Below, piece by piece: positions 20,604-31,687 of a stretch of 64,000 bases of DNA; position 1 is the first letter of the stretch, and the number at the start of each line of letters is the position of its first letter. The notes below the pieces were generated by a model. The model worked only from the letters and a program-made list of their open reading frames with translations, did not search any database and was not told the DNA's origin. A program made the position numbers and the translations under genes. The stretch is from an uncultured delta proteobacterium. GTDB lineage: Bacteria; Desulfobacterota; Binatia; UBA9968. The stretch spans positions 104,146-168,145 of the forward strand of contig CAVXEP010000007.1 in NCBI GenBank assembly GCA_963760795.1, written 5' to 3'.

Positions 20604-21379
20604 TGGCGCGACGGCATAGCGCTTGGCGCGCTGTTGTTTCTCCGGCGATCGCCGTCCTCGTCTGGGAGCTGTTAGCGCAGGCTGGAGTCCTGCGCGCCAA
20701 CTATGTCCCTGCGCCGAGCCAACTGGCACCTCATCTCGTCGAGCTTTTGGCCGGTGGCGAGCTGTGGCGCCACCTCTCCGTGACTCTGTATAGGCTTTCA
20801 CTGAGTTTTCTATTCGCGCTCATCCCCGCCGTGCTGCTAGGCTTGAGTCTGGGCATGTCGCGCGGCTTGCAGCTAGCTCTTGAACCTCTGCTCAACTCGC
20901 TCTACGCAATCCCGAAAATCGCCCTGTTGCCATTGGTCATGCTGATATTGGGCGTCAACGAGCGCACGCTGATCTTCACGTCGACGCTGACGAGCTTCGT
21001 GCAGATGACCGTGAGCACGACTGGCGGGGTGTTGGCGGTCGATCGCAGCATCTTGGAAGCGGGCAAGAACTACGGCGCCACCGGCTGGCGTTTGTTCCGC
21101 TATGTGCTATTACCCTCAGCCTTGCCGGACATCTTCACCGGCATGCGCATCGGGCTGGGTCTGACCCTGGTTCTGGTGATCGCCGTTGAGCTGACCGCCG
21201 CGCAGGAAGGGCTCGGCGCGTTTCTTTGGACCGCGGGCCAGACTTTTTCGGCGAAAAATTTATTCTCCGCATTCATCGTGATCGGCGTCCTCGGTTGGAC
21301 GCTCAGCTATGGACTGGAGCGCATCGGGCGGTGGTTAATGCCTTGGCAGCAGCGGTCGAGCGCTGCTATGTTCTTGTAA
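20603..21379 (+). CDS. ABC permease, NitT/TauT family
   Basis: TAATG overlap with the previous gene; IPKIALLP, LEAGKNYGA. Confidence 0.9.
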   Translation: MARRHSAWRAVVSPAIAVLVWELLAQAGVLRANYVPAPSQLAPHLVELLAGGELWRHLSVTLYRLSLSFLFALIPAVLLGLSLGMSRGLQLALEPLLNSLYAIPKIALLPLVMLILGVNERTLIFTSTLTSFVQMTVSTTGGVLAVDRSILEAGKNYGATGWRLFRYVLLPSALPDIFTGMRIGLGLTLVLVIAVELTAAQEGLGAFLWTAGQTFSAKNLFSAFIVIGVLGWTLSYGLERIGRWLMPWQQRSSAAMFL

Positions 21380-21573
21380 GGCTGGCAAAAGGCGGCAAGA
21401 ACAGAAATTCGAAGCGCGGCCGAACCGAAACAAATTGATGAAAAACAACTCAATGCTCCGAACGAGAAGGATCGGATTCGGTTTGTTTCAGTTTGTGGCC
21501 CGTTTTCGATTTCGGCTTCGGATTTTATTTCGCTAGCGTCTTGACGCGAGGAATAATTTGAGGAGGAAAACAT

Positions 21574-22578
21574 ATGAACGGCAGTAAATCGTGGCTTAGT
21601 GTACTGCTTGTCCTTGGAGTTGCGATCTCACTGGGCACCAACGGTTGGGCGCAATCGGTGGTGAAGATCGGTTTCGTTCCTTCCGAATCGTTTGCGCCGC
21701 TGTTCGTGGCGCACGAGCGGGGTTATTTCAAGGCGCAGGGTATAACCACCGAGCTGGTGCGCTTGCCCAGCGGCGCGGCGATTCTTACCCAGGTTTCCAC
21801 CGGCGACATTCAAGCGGGCGGCGGCGCTCTGGGCGCGGCGGCATTCAACGCGGCCAATCAGAAACTACCAGTGGCGTTTGTCGCGCCAATGCATTTTGCC
21901 TACGTCGAAGATTATCTGGTGATTCGAAAGGTGGAGATTGACGCGGGCCGGTTCAAGTCCGTCGCTGACTTGCGCGGCAAAGCCTGCGCCATCAATGCCA
22001 AAGGCGTGGCAACCGAATGGGTGCTCGACGAAGTGTTGAAACCGGGCGGACTCAGGATCGACAACGTCGACGTCAAGACACTGCCGTTTCCTGAAATGTT
22101 ACCGGCCCTGGACAATGGCGCTATTCACTGCGGCATCATCACCGAGCCTTTCGCGACGCAAGCGGAGGAGAAAAACATCGGCGTGCGCCCGCTCAAGGCG
22201 AAGCCCGGCGCCAAGCCGGTGCCGATCACGGTCGCCTTCTGGAATAGCGACTGGGCGAAAAAAAACGATAGCGCCGCCAGGGCGTTCATGAGCGGTTATC
22301 TGCGCGCGGTGAGAGATTTGAGCGAGCCCAACGCTTGGAAAGCGCCCGTGCACACCGAGATCATCAACAAACACACCGGCGTTGCCGCCGCCGTCTTGCT
22401 CAAGACGCGCGCGCCGGTTTTCAGTCCCAACCTGGAGCTTGAAGATAAAGAGATGATGTCGCAGCAGGAGTTCAACCTGCGGCTGGGTTATTTGAAATAC
22501 AAAGAGATCAAACCGATTAAAGAATTGGTCGATCTGTCCTACGCTGAAGCGGCGGTGAAGCAAGCGGGGCGGAAGTAG
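21574..22578 (+). CDS. ABC substrate-binding protein, NitT/TauT family
   Basis: Signal peptide; APLFVAHERGYF, DLRGK, TEPF; GAGGAGG RBS. Confidence 0.9.
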   Translation: MNGSKSWLSVLLVLGVAISLGTNGWAQSVVKIGFVPSESFAPLFVAHERGYFKAQGITTELVRLPSGAAILTQVSTGDIQAGGGALGAAAFNAANQKLPVAFVAPMHFAYVEDYLVIRKVEIDAGRFKSVADLRGKACAINAKGVATEWVLDEVLKPGGLRIDNVDVKTLPFPEMLPALDNGAIHCGIITEPFATQAEEKNIGVRPLKAKPGAKPVPITVAFWNSDWAKKNDSAARAFMSGYLRAVRDLSEPNAWKAPVHTEIINKHTGVAAAVLLKTRAPVFSPNLELEDKEMMSQQEFNLRLGYLKYKEIKPIKELVDLSYAEAAVKQAGRK

Positions 22579-22710
22579 CCGGTCATTTTTGAATAACCGT
22601 TCAAGACGTTCAAAGATCGGTTGACAAATCGTTCAAACCGGAGTTTGAACGGAGCGTAGCGGTTAAATTGCTTCTGAACATCTTGCGCTTTACAACATTG
22701 AGGAGCCGCC

Positions 22711-22968
22711 ATTAGCCTCTACGACGTCCAGAAACTTTTCTTCCAGGTCAATCGTGATCCGAAGACGTTGGAACGCTTCCTCAAGGAGCGCGAAACACTG
22801 ATTGCCGAATACCGGCTAACGGAGGAAGAGCGGCGCGCCGTCATGGCAACCGATTTTCGACTGCTCTACGAAATGGGAGTGCATTCGCTCTTGCTGGGTC
22901 CGCTGGCCGCCACGCTGGGCCTGAGCTTTCCAGATTATCTTGCGATCCTGCGAGGGCAACAGCCATGA
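22711..22968 (+). CDS. LigA-like extradiol dioxygenase small subunit
   Basis: Frame opens (M)SLYDVQKLFFQVNRDP from ATT at 22711 after GAGGAG; LTEEERRAV, LYEMGVH; ATGA overlap with the ligB-like gene. Confidence 0.8.
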   Translation: MSLYDVQKLFFQVNRDPKTLERFLKERETLIAEYRLTEEERRAVMATDFRLLYEMGVHSLLLGPLAATLGLSFPDYLAILRGQQP

Positions 22969-23792
22969 GCCTCGTCGGCGCCTTTGCCGCCAGCCATGCG
23001 CCCGGCATTACCGGCCGCCCTGCGCTGCCGCCCGCGGCGGAGTCGGAGCCGATCTTGCGCGCGTACGATGAATTGCGCGCCCGGCTCATGGCGTTACAAG
23101 CGGATGTTTTGGTCGTCGTTGCGCCGGAGCACTGGGCGAATTTTTTCCTCGATAATATGCCCTCGTTCTGCATCGGCATCGCCGACCAGTTCTGCGGACC
23201 GACGGACGAGAAGTTCGTCAATATTCCGCGCCAAAATGTCCGCGGTAATGCGCGGCTCGCGCGCGCGCTCGCCGAGGGCATTGCGGAAGAGGTGGACCTG
23301 GCAACTTCGCAGGAGCTGGCGTTAGATCACGGCGTAATGCTGCCGCTTCACTTACTTCAAACCGAGCTGGCGATCATTCCCATTATCGTCAATTGTCTCG
23401 CAGGTATGCCCGCGCCGCTACACCGTTGTCATGCGCTCGGCGCAGCGATCCGGCGCACGGTGGATGGCTGGCCCGAGCGCGTCGCGTTGCTCGGCACGGG
23501 CGGGCTGTCGCACTGGCCGGCGATGCCGGAGTCGGGACGAATCGGCGTCGACTTCGACCGGCGTTTTCTCGAGGCATTCATCGGCGGCAGGATCGAGAGC
23601 TTTCTGCGCTATCCAAAAGAGCAGCTGGAAGCGGAAGCGGGGCCGGGTGGTCATGAGATTCGCACCTGGATCGCCGTCGCCGGCGCAGCGGGTGACGGGC
23701 AAGGATCATTGCTCGATTACCAGCCCGTGCCCGCGTGGTCGACCGGTTGCGCTGTCGCGGTGTTGCAGATCGAAGCAGCGAAACGGAGGTGA
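22965..23792 (+). CDS. Class III extradiol dioxygenase catalytic subunit (LigB/MhpB-like)
   Basis: ASHAP, PEHWANF, LDHG, GTGGLSH, GHEIRTW. Confidence 0.9.
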   Translation: MSLVGAFAASHAPGITGRPALPPAAESEPILRAYDELRARLMALQADVLVVVAPEHWANFFLDNMPSFCIGIADQFCGPTDEKFVNIPRQNVRGNARLARALAEGIAEEVDLATSQELALDHGVMLPLHLLQTELAIIPIIVNCLAGMPAPLHRCHALGAAIRRTVDGWPERVALLGTGGLSHWPAMPESGRIGVDFDRRFLEAFIGGRIESFLRYPKEQLEAEAGPGGHEIRTWIAVAGAAGDGQGSLLDYQPVPAWSTGCAVAVLQIEAAKRR

Positions 23793-23796
23793 GTCC

Positions 23797-25467
23797 ATGC
23801 GTGTCTACGAAGCCATCGGTGAAACGTTAAAAAAACTCGAAGTGCAGGCGACGTTCGGTCTGATGGGTGACGGCAATCTGCGTTTCATGACCCACCTGCA
23901 CGACGAGTTGGGCATGCCCTACTACGCTTCGCGCCACGAAGGCGGCGCGGTAGCGATGGCGGACGGCTACGCGCGCGTGACTGGCCGGGTGGGCGTTTGC
24001 AGCGTCACCCAAGGGCCGGGCGTGACCAACACGCTGACGGCGCTCACCGAGGCGCGCAAGGCCGGCTCACCTCTGCTGCTGCTCGCCGGCGATTCGCCGA
24101 TGCGCTTTGTCCGCCACAACCAAGATGTCGATCAGACGGCGATTTTTAACTCTGTCGGCGTGGCTGTCGAGCGCGTGCGCGCTCCGGACACGGTCATCGC
24201 CGATGTCGCGCGTGGGTTCAATCGCGCGTGGGCCTCGCAGCGGCCGGTGGCCATGCAATTTCCCACCGATATGCAAGACCTGCCGTGCGACGCAACCGCG
24301 CTGCAAACGGTGTGCGCTCAGCGTCCGCCCGCCAGCCGGCCGCCGCCGGATGCTATCAAACTGGCCGCCGATCTCGTCGCCGCTGCCAAGCGGCCGGCGA
24401 TCATCGCTGGCCGCGGCGCTGTTCGGGCGAATGCCAAACAGTCGCTGGAAAATTTGGCGGAGCGGATCGGCGCGTTACTCGCGACCAGCGCCCAGGCCAA
24501 AGGTTTGTTTGCCGGCAATCCTTTCTACCTCGGCAGCTCCGGCGGCTTCGCTTCGGCGCTCGGCGAAAAGTTTTTGCCCGAAGCGGATTTGATTTTGGCG
24601 TTCGGCGCGAGCCTCAATCACTGGACGACGCGCAACCGCGAGCTGTTCGCCCCGTCCGCGCGGATCATTCACTGCGACGTGGAGCGCTCGGCGATCGGCG
24701 CGCTGACTGCCGTGGACCTTGGTTTGGCCGGCGACGCGGCGGCCAGCGCCGAAGCGCTGAGCGAGGAATTATCCCGCCGCGAAATCACCGCGATCGGCTT
24801 TCGCACGCCGGAGGTTCGAGGCGCGATCAACGCATTTCGTCTCGACGACTTCGCGGATCAAAGCAACGGCCGCACCATCGATCCGCGCACGCTGATGCTC
24901 AAGCTGGACACGATGTTGCCGCGCGAGCGCACGGTGGTGCTCGATAGCGGCCACTGCATGGGCTGGGCCGCCGTCTATCTCTCGGCGCCGGACGCCGCGG
25001 GTTTTATTTTTTCTAACGACTTCCAAGCGGTCGGTCTGGGGTTGGGAACCGCCTTCGGCGCGGCCATCGCGCGACCGGACCGTTTGACCGTCTTAACGCC
25101 GGGCGATGGCGCGCTGATGATGACTCTCGGCGAGTTAGAAACCTTCGTGCGCTACAACATCCCGTTACTTGCCATCGCCATCAACGACGCAGCCTACGGC
25201 GCCGAGGTCCATCTGTTGCAAAATGTCGGACTGGCGTCGGACGGCGCGCTGTTCCGAGATAATGATTTTGCCGCGATCGCCGCCGCCATGGGCGCGCAGG
25301 GATTGACCGTCCGCGACGTTGCCGATCTCGACCGGCTGCAACCGTGGCTGGATCAGCCACGCGGGCCGATGGTCGTCGATTGCAAAATCGACCCGCAGAT
25401 TCGCGGCGAATGGTTCGGCAAAGTTTTCGCCCCCGGCGGTTGGTACCAGCGCATGTGCGGGCATTGA
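23797..25467 (+). CDS. Thiamine-diphosphate-dependent enzyme (acetolactate synthase-like)
   Basis: RHEGGAVAMADGYAR, TQGPG, GDGA..ND TPP motif; GGAGG RBS. Confidence 0.9.
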   Translation: MRVYEAIGETLKKLEVQATFGLMGDGNLRFMTHLHDELGMPYYASRHEGGAVAMADGYARVTGRVGVCSVTQGPGVTNTLTALTEARKAGSPLLLLAGDSPMRFVRHNQDVDQTAIFNSVGVAVERVRAPDTVIADVARGFNRAWASQRPVAMQFPTDMQDLPCDATALQTVCAQRPPASRPPPDAIKLAADLVAAAKRPAIIAGRGAVRANAKQSLENLAERIGALLATSAQAKGLFAGNPFYLGSSGGFASALGEKFLPEADLILAFGASLNHWTTRNRELFAPSARIIHCDVERSAIGALTAVDLGLAGDAAASAEALSEELSRREITAIGFRTPEVRGAINAFRLDDFADQSNGRTIDPRTLMLKLDTMLPRERTVVLDSGHCMGWAAVYLSAPDAAGFIFSNDFQAVGLGLGTAFGAAIARPDRLTVLTPGDGALMMTLGELETFVRYNIPLLAIAINDAAYGAEVHLLQNVGLASDGALFRDNDFAAIAAAMGAQGLTVRDVADLDRLQPWLDQPRGPMVVDCKIDPQIRGEWFGKVFAPGGWYQRMCGH

Positions 25468-25653
25468 AATGCGACTGTTCAAGACGTTCAAACCAGTTCA
25501 ACCGCTGCGCTCCGTCAAGACGTTTGAACGTTGCACTTGAAGGCACAGAGTTCGCAGAGTTCGGAGGTTATTTGATCATTCACTCTTTACTCCGCGTCCT
25601 CGGCGCCTCCGCGGTGAGTCATCTTCTGTCCCCCTTTCCCTAATCTTTCCTGC

Positions 25654-25682
25654 TTGACGCTCCGAACCACCTGACGTAAAAG
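25654..25682 (+). promoter_or_regulatory. Candidate sigma70 promoter of the histidine kinase
   Basis: TTGACG-N17-TAAAAG, 27 nt before ATG 25710. Confidence 0.4.
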
Positions 25683-25709
25683 TCAGCGAGCCCGATCTCG
25701 GTCTATTTT

Positions 25710-28700
25710 ATGGCTTCCACCACAAAGAAAGGTTCCCGGAAAACCAAGGCAAAGCCGCGCCGCGCGGTGGTGAAAAAGTCACAGCCGAAAAAAGTAGAAA
25801 ACATTCAGTCATTGCGTCGCGAACGCGACGAGTTACTCGCGCGGGAGGCGGCGACCAGCGAGATCCTGCGGATGATCGCGCGCGCGCCGGCAGATCTTCA
25901 ATCGGTGATGGATACGATTGCGGAGAGTGCTGCTAGGTTGTGTGATGCCAAGGATGCATTGATCTTTCGCGTCGAGGGTGATGTTCAGCAACGGGTGGCG
26001 GTATTTGGAGCAATGCCAACGACAGCTATTGGAATGCGCGGCATTACTCGTGGGACTCCCGTGGGCCGAGCTATCATCGATCGGCAAACGATTCACATAC
26101 ATGACATCGCGGAAGAGATTGAAACAGAGTTCCCAGAATACAGGACTGTCCAAAAAGCTACCGGCATTAGAACCGCGCTCGCCACACCGCTTATGCGCGA
26201 TGGCGCGCCTTTCGGCGTGATCAACATCCGCCGCATGGAAGTGCGCCCTTTCACGGACAAACAAATAAAACTGCTCGAAACCTTCGCCGATCAGGCGGTG
26301 ATCGCGATCGAGAACGCGCGGCTTATTCACGAGCAACAGGCGCGCAATCGTGACCTCACCGAAGCGCTGGAGCAGCAGACCGCGACGAGCGAAATCTTGC
26401 GTGTGATCGCCAGCTCGCCGACGGATATCCAACCGGTGTTGGATGTGGTCGCGGAAAATGCGGCGCGGCTGTGCGACGCGAAAGACGCTCTGATCTATCG
26501 CGTCGACGGTGATGTGCTTCCGGGTAGTGGCGCAGCTATGGTCCGATGCCATGCGAGCCGGCACGCTTGCGCCCGATCACTCGCGGTCATACCCGCCGGC
26601 CGAGCCGTGGTCGACCGGCAAACGATTCACGTCCACGACCTGGCGGCGAGCGCGAAACCGAGTTTCCCGGAATCTACGGCTTGCCAGCAGGCAGTGGCAC
26701 TCGCACCTTACTCGCCACGCCATTGCTGCGGGAGGGTGTAGCTATCGGGTGCATTGGATTCGCCGCACGGAGGTTCGACCTTTCACCGACAAGCAGATCG
26801 CTCTTCTCAAAACCTTCGCCGACCAGGCCGTGATCGCCATCGAGAACGTGCGGCTTGTTCAAGGAACTCGGGAGCGCAACGCGGAATTGCGCGAGGCCCT
26901 GGAGCATCAGACGGCGACGGCCGAGGTGCTCGGCATCATCAGCCGCTCGCCGACCGACGTGCAGCCGGTCCTCGACGCCATCGTCGAGAGCGCCGCCCGG
27001 GTTTGTGGGATCGATGACGTGGTGCTGCGACTCCACGAGGGGAACACTATGGTTCCGCGGGCTCATTTTGGTCCCATACCCATTGGCCGCGTCGAGATCA
27101 GTATTGATGAGCCACAGTATCGCTGGATGCGCGAGCATGGCACGCTCCACATTCCCGACGTCCGCGCGCAGAACGATTTCCCAATGTTGGGTTCCGCCGG
27201 CAACTTCCGCACCTTCTTGGCCGCTCCCCTTCGTCAGCAGGGGGAACTCATTGGATTGCTGAACGCACGTCGCATCGAGGTGCGCCCCTTCACCCCGGCG
27301 CAGATCAAGCTCCTCGAAACCTTCGCCGACCAGGCGGTGATCGCCATCGAGAACGTGCGGCTGTTCCAAGAACTCAAGGAGTCGTTGGAGCAGCAGACCG
27401 CGACGAGTGAAATTCTTGGGCGTCATCGCCAGCTCGCCGACCGATATTCAGCCGGTGTTGGACAGTAGTCGCCGAGAACGCCGCGCGGCTGTGCGAGGCC
27501 GATGATGCAGCATCATTCGCTGTCGACGGCGAGATGTTCACTCGACTGGTCGGCATCTATGGATCCGATGCCGAACGCGCGCGAGGCATGACCGCCGATT
27601 CGCCGCGACAGTCGCAGCCGGCCGAGCCGTGATCGACCGGCAGACGATCCATATTCACGACATTCGCTGCCGAGCGTGAAGCCAAGATTTCCCGGACGCT
27701 CGAGCTGATCGGAAGCGTATCGGGAGCTCGAACATTCTTGGCTACGCCGCTGCTGCGCGAGGGCGTGCCCATCGGAGCGATCGTCAATTCGCCGCACCGA
27801 GGTCCGTCCTTTCACCGACAAGCAGATCGCGCTTCTCAAAACCTTCGCCGACCAGGCCGTCATCGCCATCGAGAACGTGCGGCTTGTTCAAGGAACTCGG
27901 CGAGCGCAACGCGGAATTGCGCGAGGCCCTGGAGCATCAGACGGCAACGGCCGAGGTGCTCGGCATCATCAGCCGCTCGCCCACGGACGTGCAGCCGGTG
28001 CTCGACGCCATCGTCGAGAGCGCCGCGCGGGTTTGTGGGATTGATGACGTGGTGCTGCGACTCCGCGAGGGGAACGCTATGGTTCCGCGGGCTCATTTTG
28101 GTCCCATACCCATCGGCCGCGTCGAGATCAGTATTGATGAGCCACAGTATCGCTGGATGCGCGAGCATGGCACGCTCCACGTTCCCGACGTCCGCGCAGC
28201 AGAACGATTTTCCAACGTTGGGTTCCGCCGGCGGCTTGCGCACCTTCTTAGCCGCTCCCCTTCGTCAGCAGGGGGAACTCATTGGAACGCTGACCGCACG
28301 TCGCACCGAGGTGCGCCCCTTCACCCCGGCGCAGATCAAGCTGCTAGAAACCTTCGCGCGGTTCAGAAGTGGCGCAGCAATGATCGATCGCGAAACTGTC
28401 CACACCGCTGACATGTCGAGTCCCGAGGCTCAAGCCGAATTCCCTGGCCTCTCGGCTAACGCTCAGCAAACCGGGATCAGGACTGTCTTGATAATGCCGT
28501 TGCTCCGAGAAGGAGTTTCCATCGGAGCGATTCACGTTCGCCGCACGGAAGTCCGCCCCTTCACCGATAAGCAAATCGCACTGCTGAAAACCTTCGCCGA
28601 CCAGGCGGTGATCGCCATCGAGAACGTCCGGCTGTTCCAAGAACTCAAGGAATCACTGGAGCAGCAGACGGCGACGAGTGAAATCTTGGGCGTGATCGCC

Positions 28701-30423
28701 AGCTCGCCGACGGATATTCAGCCGGTGCTGGACGCTGATCGCTAGAAAGCTGCCGCGCGCTTGTGCGACGCAACCGACGCTCAGATTCATCGCGTCGACG
28801 GTGACATGCTATCGAGTCGGTGGCTCATCACGGATCCGATGCCGCTCATTCGGGGCCGATGACGCTATAGACCGTAGCGTTCGTGGCCGAGCCATTCATT
28901 GACGAGCAGAACAATCCACGTCCACGACTTGCGCCAGTGAGGCGCAGAGCTGAATTTCCGGAGGCTCGAGCACAACCAGTCGGGCACCCGCACATGCCTT
29001 GCCACGCCGCTGCTGCGAGAAGGTGTCGCGATCGGAGTTATTAGTGATTCGCCGCACGGAGGTCCGTCCTTTCACCGACAAGCAGATCGCACTGCTCAAA
29101 ACCTTCGCCGACCAGGCCGTGATCGCCATCGAGAACGTGCGGTTGTTCAAAGAACTGGATGAGCGAACCAACGAATTGACACGCTCGGTGGGCGAGCTCA
29201 AAGCGCTCGGCGAAGTCGGTCAAGCGGTCAGCTCGACTCTCGATCTCGAAACCGTGCTGACGCGCATCGTTTCCCACGCGGTCCAGTTGAGCGGCACCGA
29301 CGGCGGGGCGATTTACGAATACGACGAAGCCTCCGAAGAGTTTCACCTGCGCGCCACCGATCACATGGAAGAGGAACTCATCAATGCGCTGCGCGCCAAT
29401 CCGCCTCGGCTGGGCGATGGCGTGGTCGGGCCGGGCGGCGGCGAGCCGTGAACCGGTCCAGGTTCCCAATATTTTAGAAGAGCGCGCTTACGCGCCGCGC
29501 ATGCGCCAGATGCTCGAGCGCTTCGGTTTTCGCGCCAGCCTGGCGGTTCCCTTGCTGCGCGAAGACCGCATCATCGGCGGCTTGGTGGTGCGGCGAAAAT
29601 CCACCGGCGAGTTTCGCCCCGAAGTGATCGAGCTTTTGAAAACCTTCGCGACCCAGTCAGTCTTGGCGATCCAAAACGCCCGGCTGTTCCGCGAGATCGA
29701 GGAAAAGAGCCGGCAGATCGAAGCCGCCAACCGGCACAAGTCAGAGTTCCTCGCCAACATGTCCCATGAGCTGCGCACGCCGCTCAACGCCATCATCGGC
29801 TTCTCCGAAGTCTTGCAGGAAAGATTCTTCGGCGAGCTAAATGAGAAACAAGCCGAGTACACCGACGACATTCTCACCTCCGGCCGCCATCTGCTCTCAC
29901 TGATCAATGAGATTCTCGATCTGTCCAAGGTCGAAGCCGGCCGCATGGAGCTGGAGCTGGCGACGTTCGATCTCCCGTTGGCAATCGACAATGCGCGCAC
30001 CTTCGTGCGCGAGCGCGCTACCACGCACGGCATCACGATCGATGTCTCGGTCGACGAGCGTCTTGGCGACATCGTCGGCGATGAGCGTAAGATTAAACAG
30101 ATTCTGCTCAATCTGCTTTCCAACGCGGTCAAGTTCACCCCGGAGGGAGGACGGATTGGAATCAACGCCAGGCAGACCGACGGCTCGGTGGAAATCTCGG
30201 TAACTGACACCGGCATCGGCATCGCCGAGGAGGACCAGCCCAAGATCTTCGAGGAGTTCCGCCAGGTGGGCACCGACTACGCGCACAAGGTCGAGGGGAC
30301 CGGACTGGGGTTAACGCTGGCCAAGAAGTTCGTCGAGCTGCATGGCGGAAAGATCTGGGTGGAGAGCGAAGTGGGGAAAGGCAGTCGACCTTTATTTTTA
30401 CGCTGCCGATCCACTCGGCGTAA
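25710..30423 (+). CDS. Multi-GAF sensor histidine kinase (about 7.5 GAF repeats + HisKA + HATPase), many frameshifts
   Basis: Repeated [19 protein letters not shown] and [20 protein letters not shown] units; [31 protein letters not shown]. Confidence 0.88.
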
Positions 30424-30464
30424 GGGGTGAAAGGTAAGGAGTAAGGGCGCTGCAGTGGGAAAAC

Positions 30465-30630
30465 TCGAAGCACGAAATCCGAAACAAATTCAAATGATCC
30501 AAACGCTACAAATTCAAAACGAGCCCAAATCGGCATCGAGGTTTTGGATTTTCTGAGAAATATTTCGAACTCTGTTTGTCTGGGTCTGTGTGGGATTTCG
30601 TGCTTCGGATTTCGGATTTTGATTCGTAAT
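30465..30630. repeat. CGAAAT heptamer-type inverted repeat
   Basis: cgaagcacgaaatccgaaacaaattc ... gatttcgtgcttcggatttcg; related copy at 21408-21530. Confidence 0.65.
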
Positions 30631-30669
30631 TGTGGTGCGACAAACTTTCTTGAAGAAGGAGAAGAAAAA

Positions 30670-31149
30670 ATGTCTCTACAGGTGAAGCGCGAAAATATGC
30701 CGGAGAAAAAGGTCGTGCTCAAGACCGGCGAGGGCGAAGGCTCGATGATCATTCGCCAGGCCTACGGTAACGAGAGCAGCCTCCTGGTCGCCTTGCGGCC
30801 GCCGGGCTATCACACGCGGCCGCACATGCACGCGTCGGAGCAAATCAACCATGTGCTCGAAGGCGAAATCTGGTTCTTCGTGGAAGACCAAGGTTATCAC
30901 TGCATGAAGGGGGATTTTCACAGAATCCCGGCCAATCGTGTTCACTGGGCGTGGAACCGTTCCAACGCCGTCACCACGGTGGTCGAGTCTCATTCGCCGC
31001 CGCTGGTCGGCGGCGATCTCCGAGATGGCGCGGCGGGATTGTTTGACGAAAATGAAAGTCCGCAGCTGCGAGCGGAAGGCGAGAATAAATTTGTTGCGTA
31101 TGATTCGGCAAAGGTCGAAAGCAAGTACTTCTCCGGTAAGGAACGATAG
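30670..31149 (+). CDS. Cupin domain protein
   Basis: PHMHASEQ..LEGE and GDFHRIPANRVH cupin motifs. Confidence 0.88.
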   Translation: MSLQVKRENMPEKKVVLKTGEGEGSMIIRQAYGNESSLLVALRPPGYHTRPHMHASEQINHVLEGEIWFFVEDQGYHCMKGDFHRIPANRVHWAWNRSNAVTTVVESHSPPLVGGDLRDGAAGLFDENESPQLRAEGENKFVAYDSAKVESKYFSGKER

Positions 31150-31194
31150 CTATCGATGTTTTCAGATCAATGGGTAAGAGAAATTCTAGGAGTG

Positions 31195-31288
31195 CTTCGA
31201 CTAAGCTCATACTTCGCAAGCTCAGCAGAACGGAAAAGCCCAAATGAGTTTCATTATCCCTCCGTTCGCCCTGAGCTACGTCGAAGGG
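31195..31288. repeat. CTTCGAC..GCTCAG..GAACGG REP pair upstream of the GIY-YIG gene
   Basis: cttcg..aagctcagcagaacgg ... ccgttcgccctgagctacgtcgaaggg. Confidence 0.75.
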
Positions 31289-31326
31289 TTCCGACAAGCA
31301 ATTGCTAATACGCGGAATCTGGATCG

Positions 31327-31659
31327 ATGAGTTTCTGGGTTTACATTCTGCGATGTTCAGACAACTCCTACTACACCGGGCATACCGACAATCTTGAAGA
31401 CCGGATCGCAAAACATAAGTCAGGTGAAATTGAGGGCTACACTTCGACGCGACTTCCAGCGAGGTTAATGTTTTCAGAGCAATTCCCAACCAGGGAAGAA
31501 GCTTTAACTTGTGAGCGACAGATCAAAGGCTGGAGTAGGAAGAAGAAGGAAGCACTGATGCGCGGAGATTGGAATGAGATTTCACAGTTAGCTCATCGAA
31601 ATTACTCGGACGCAAAACTCCTTAGGAGCCCTTCGACAAAGCTCTGGGCGAACGGTTAA
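31327..31659 (+). CDS. GIY-YIG nuclease (UPF0213/YhbQ-like)
   Basis: WVYILRCSDNSYYTGHT, RIAKH, ERQIKGWSRKKK; visibly AT-richer than neighbours. Confidence 0.92.
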   Translation: MSFWVYILRCSDNSYYTGHTDNLEDRIAKHKSGEIEGYTSTRLPARLMFSEQFPTREEALTCERQIKGWSRKKKEALMRGDWNEISQLAHRNYSDAKLLRSPSTKLWANG

Positions 31660-31687
31660 GAATCGAACTGAAACAAGGAAATAACAA

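Noticed and set aside
23431-23796. N-terminal extension of the TPP enzyme
   Set aside because: Overlaps the ligB-like gene out of frame; the RBS and family N-terminus begin at 23797
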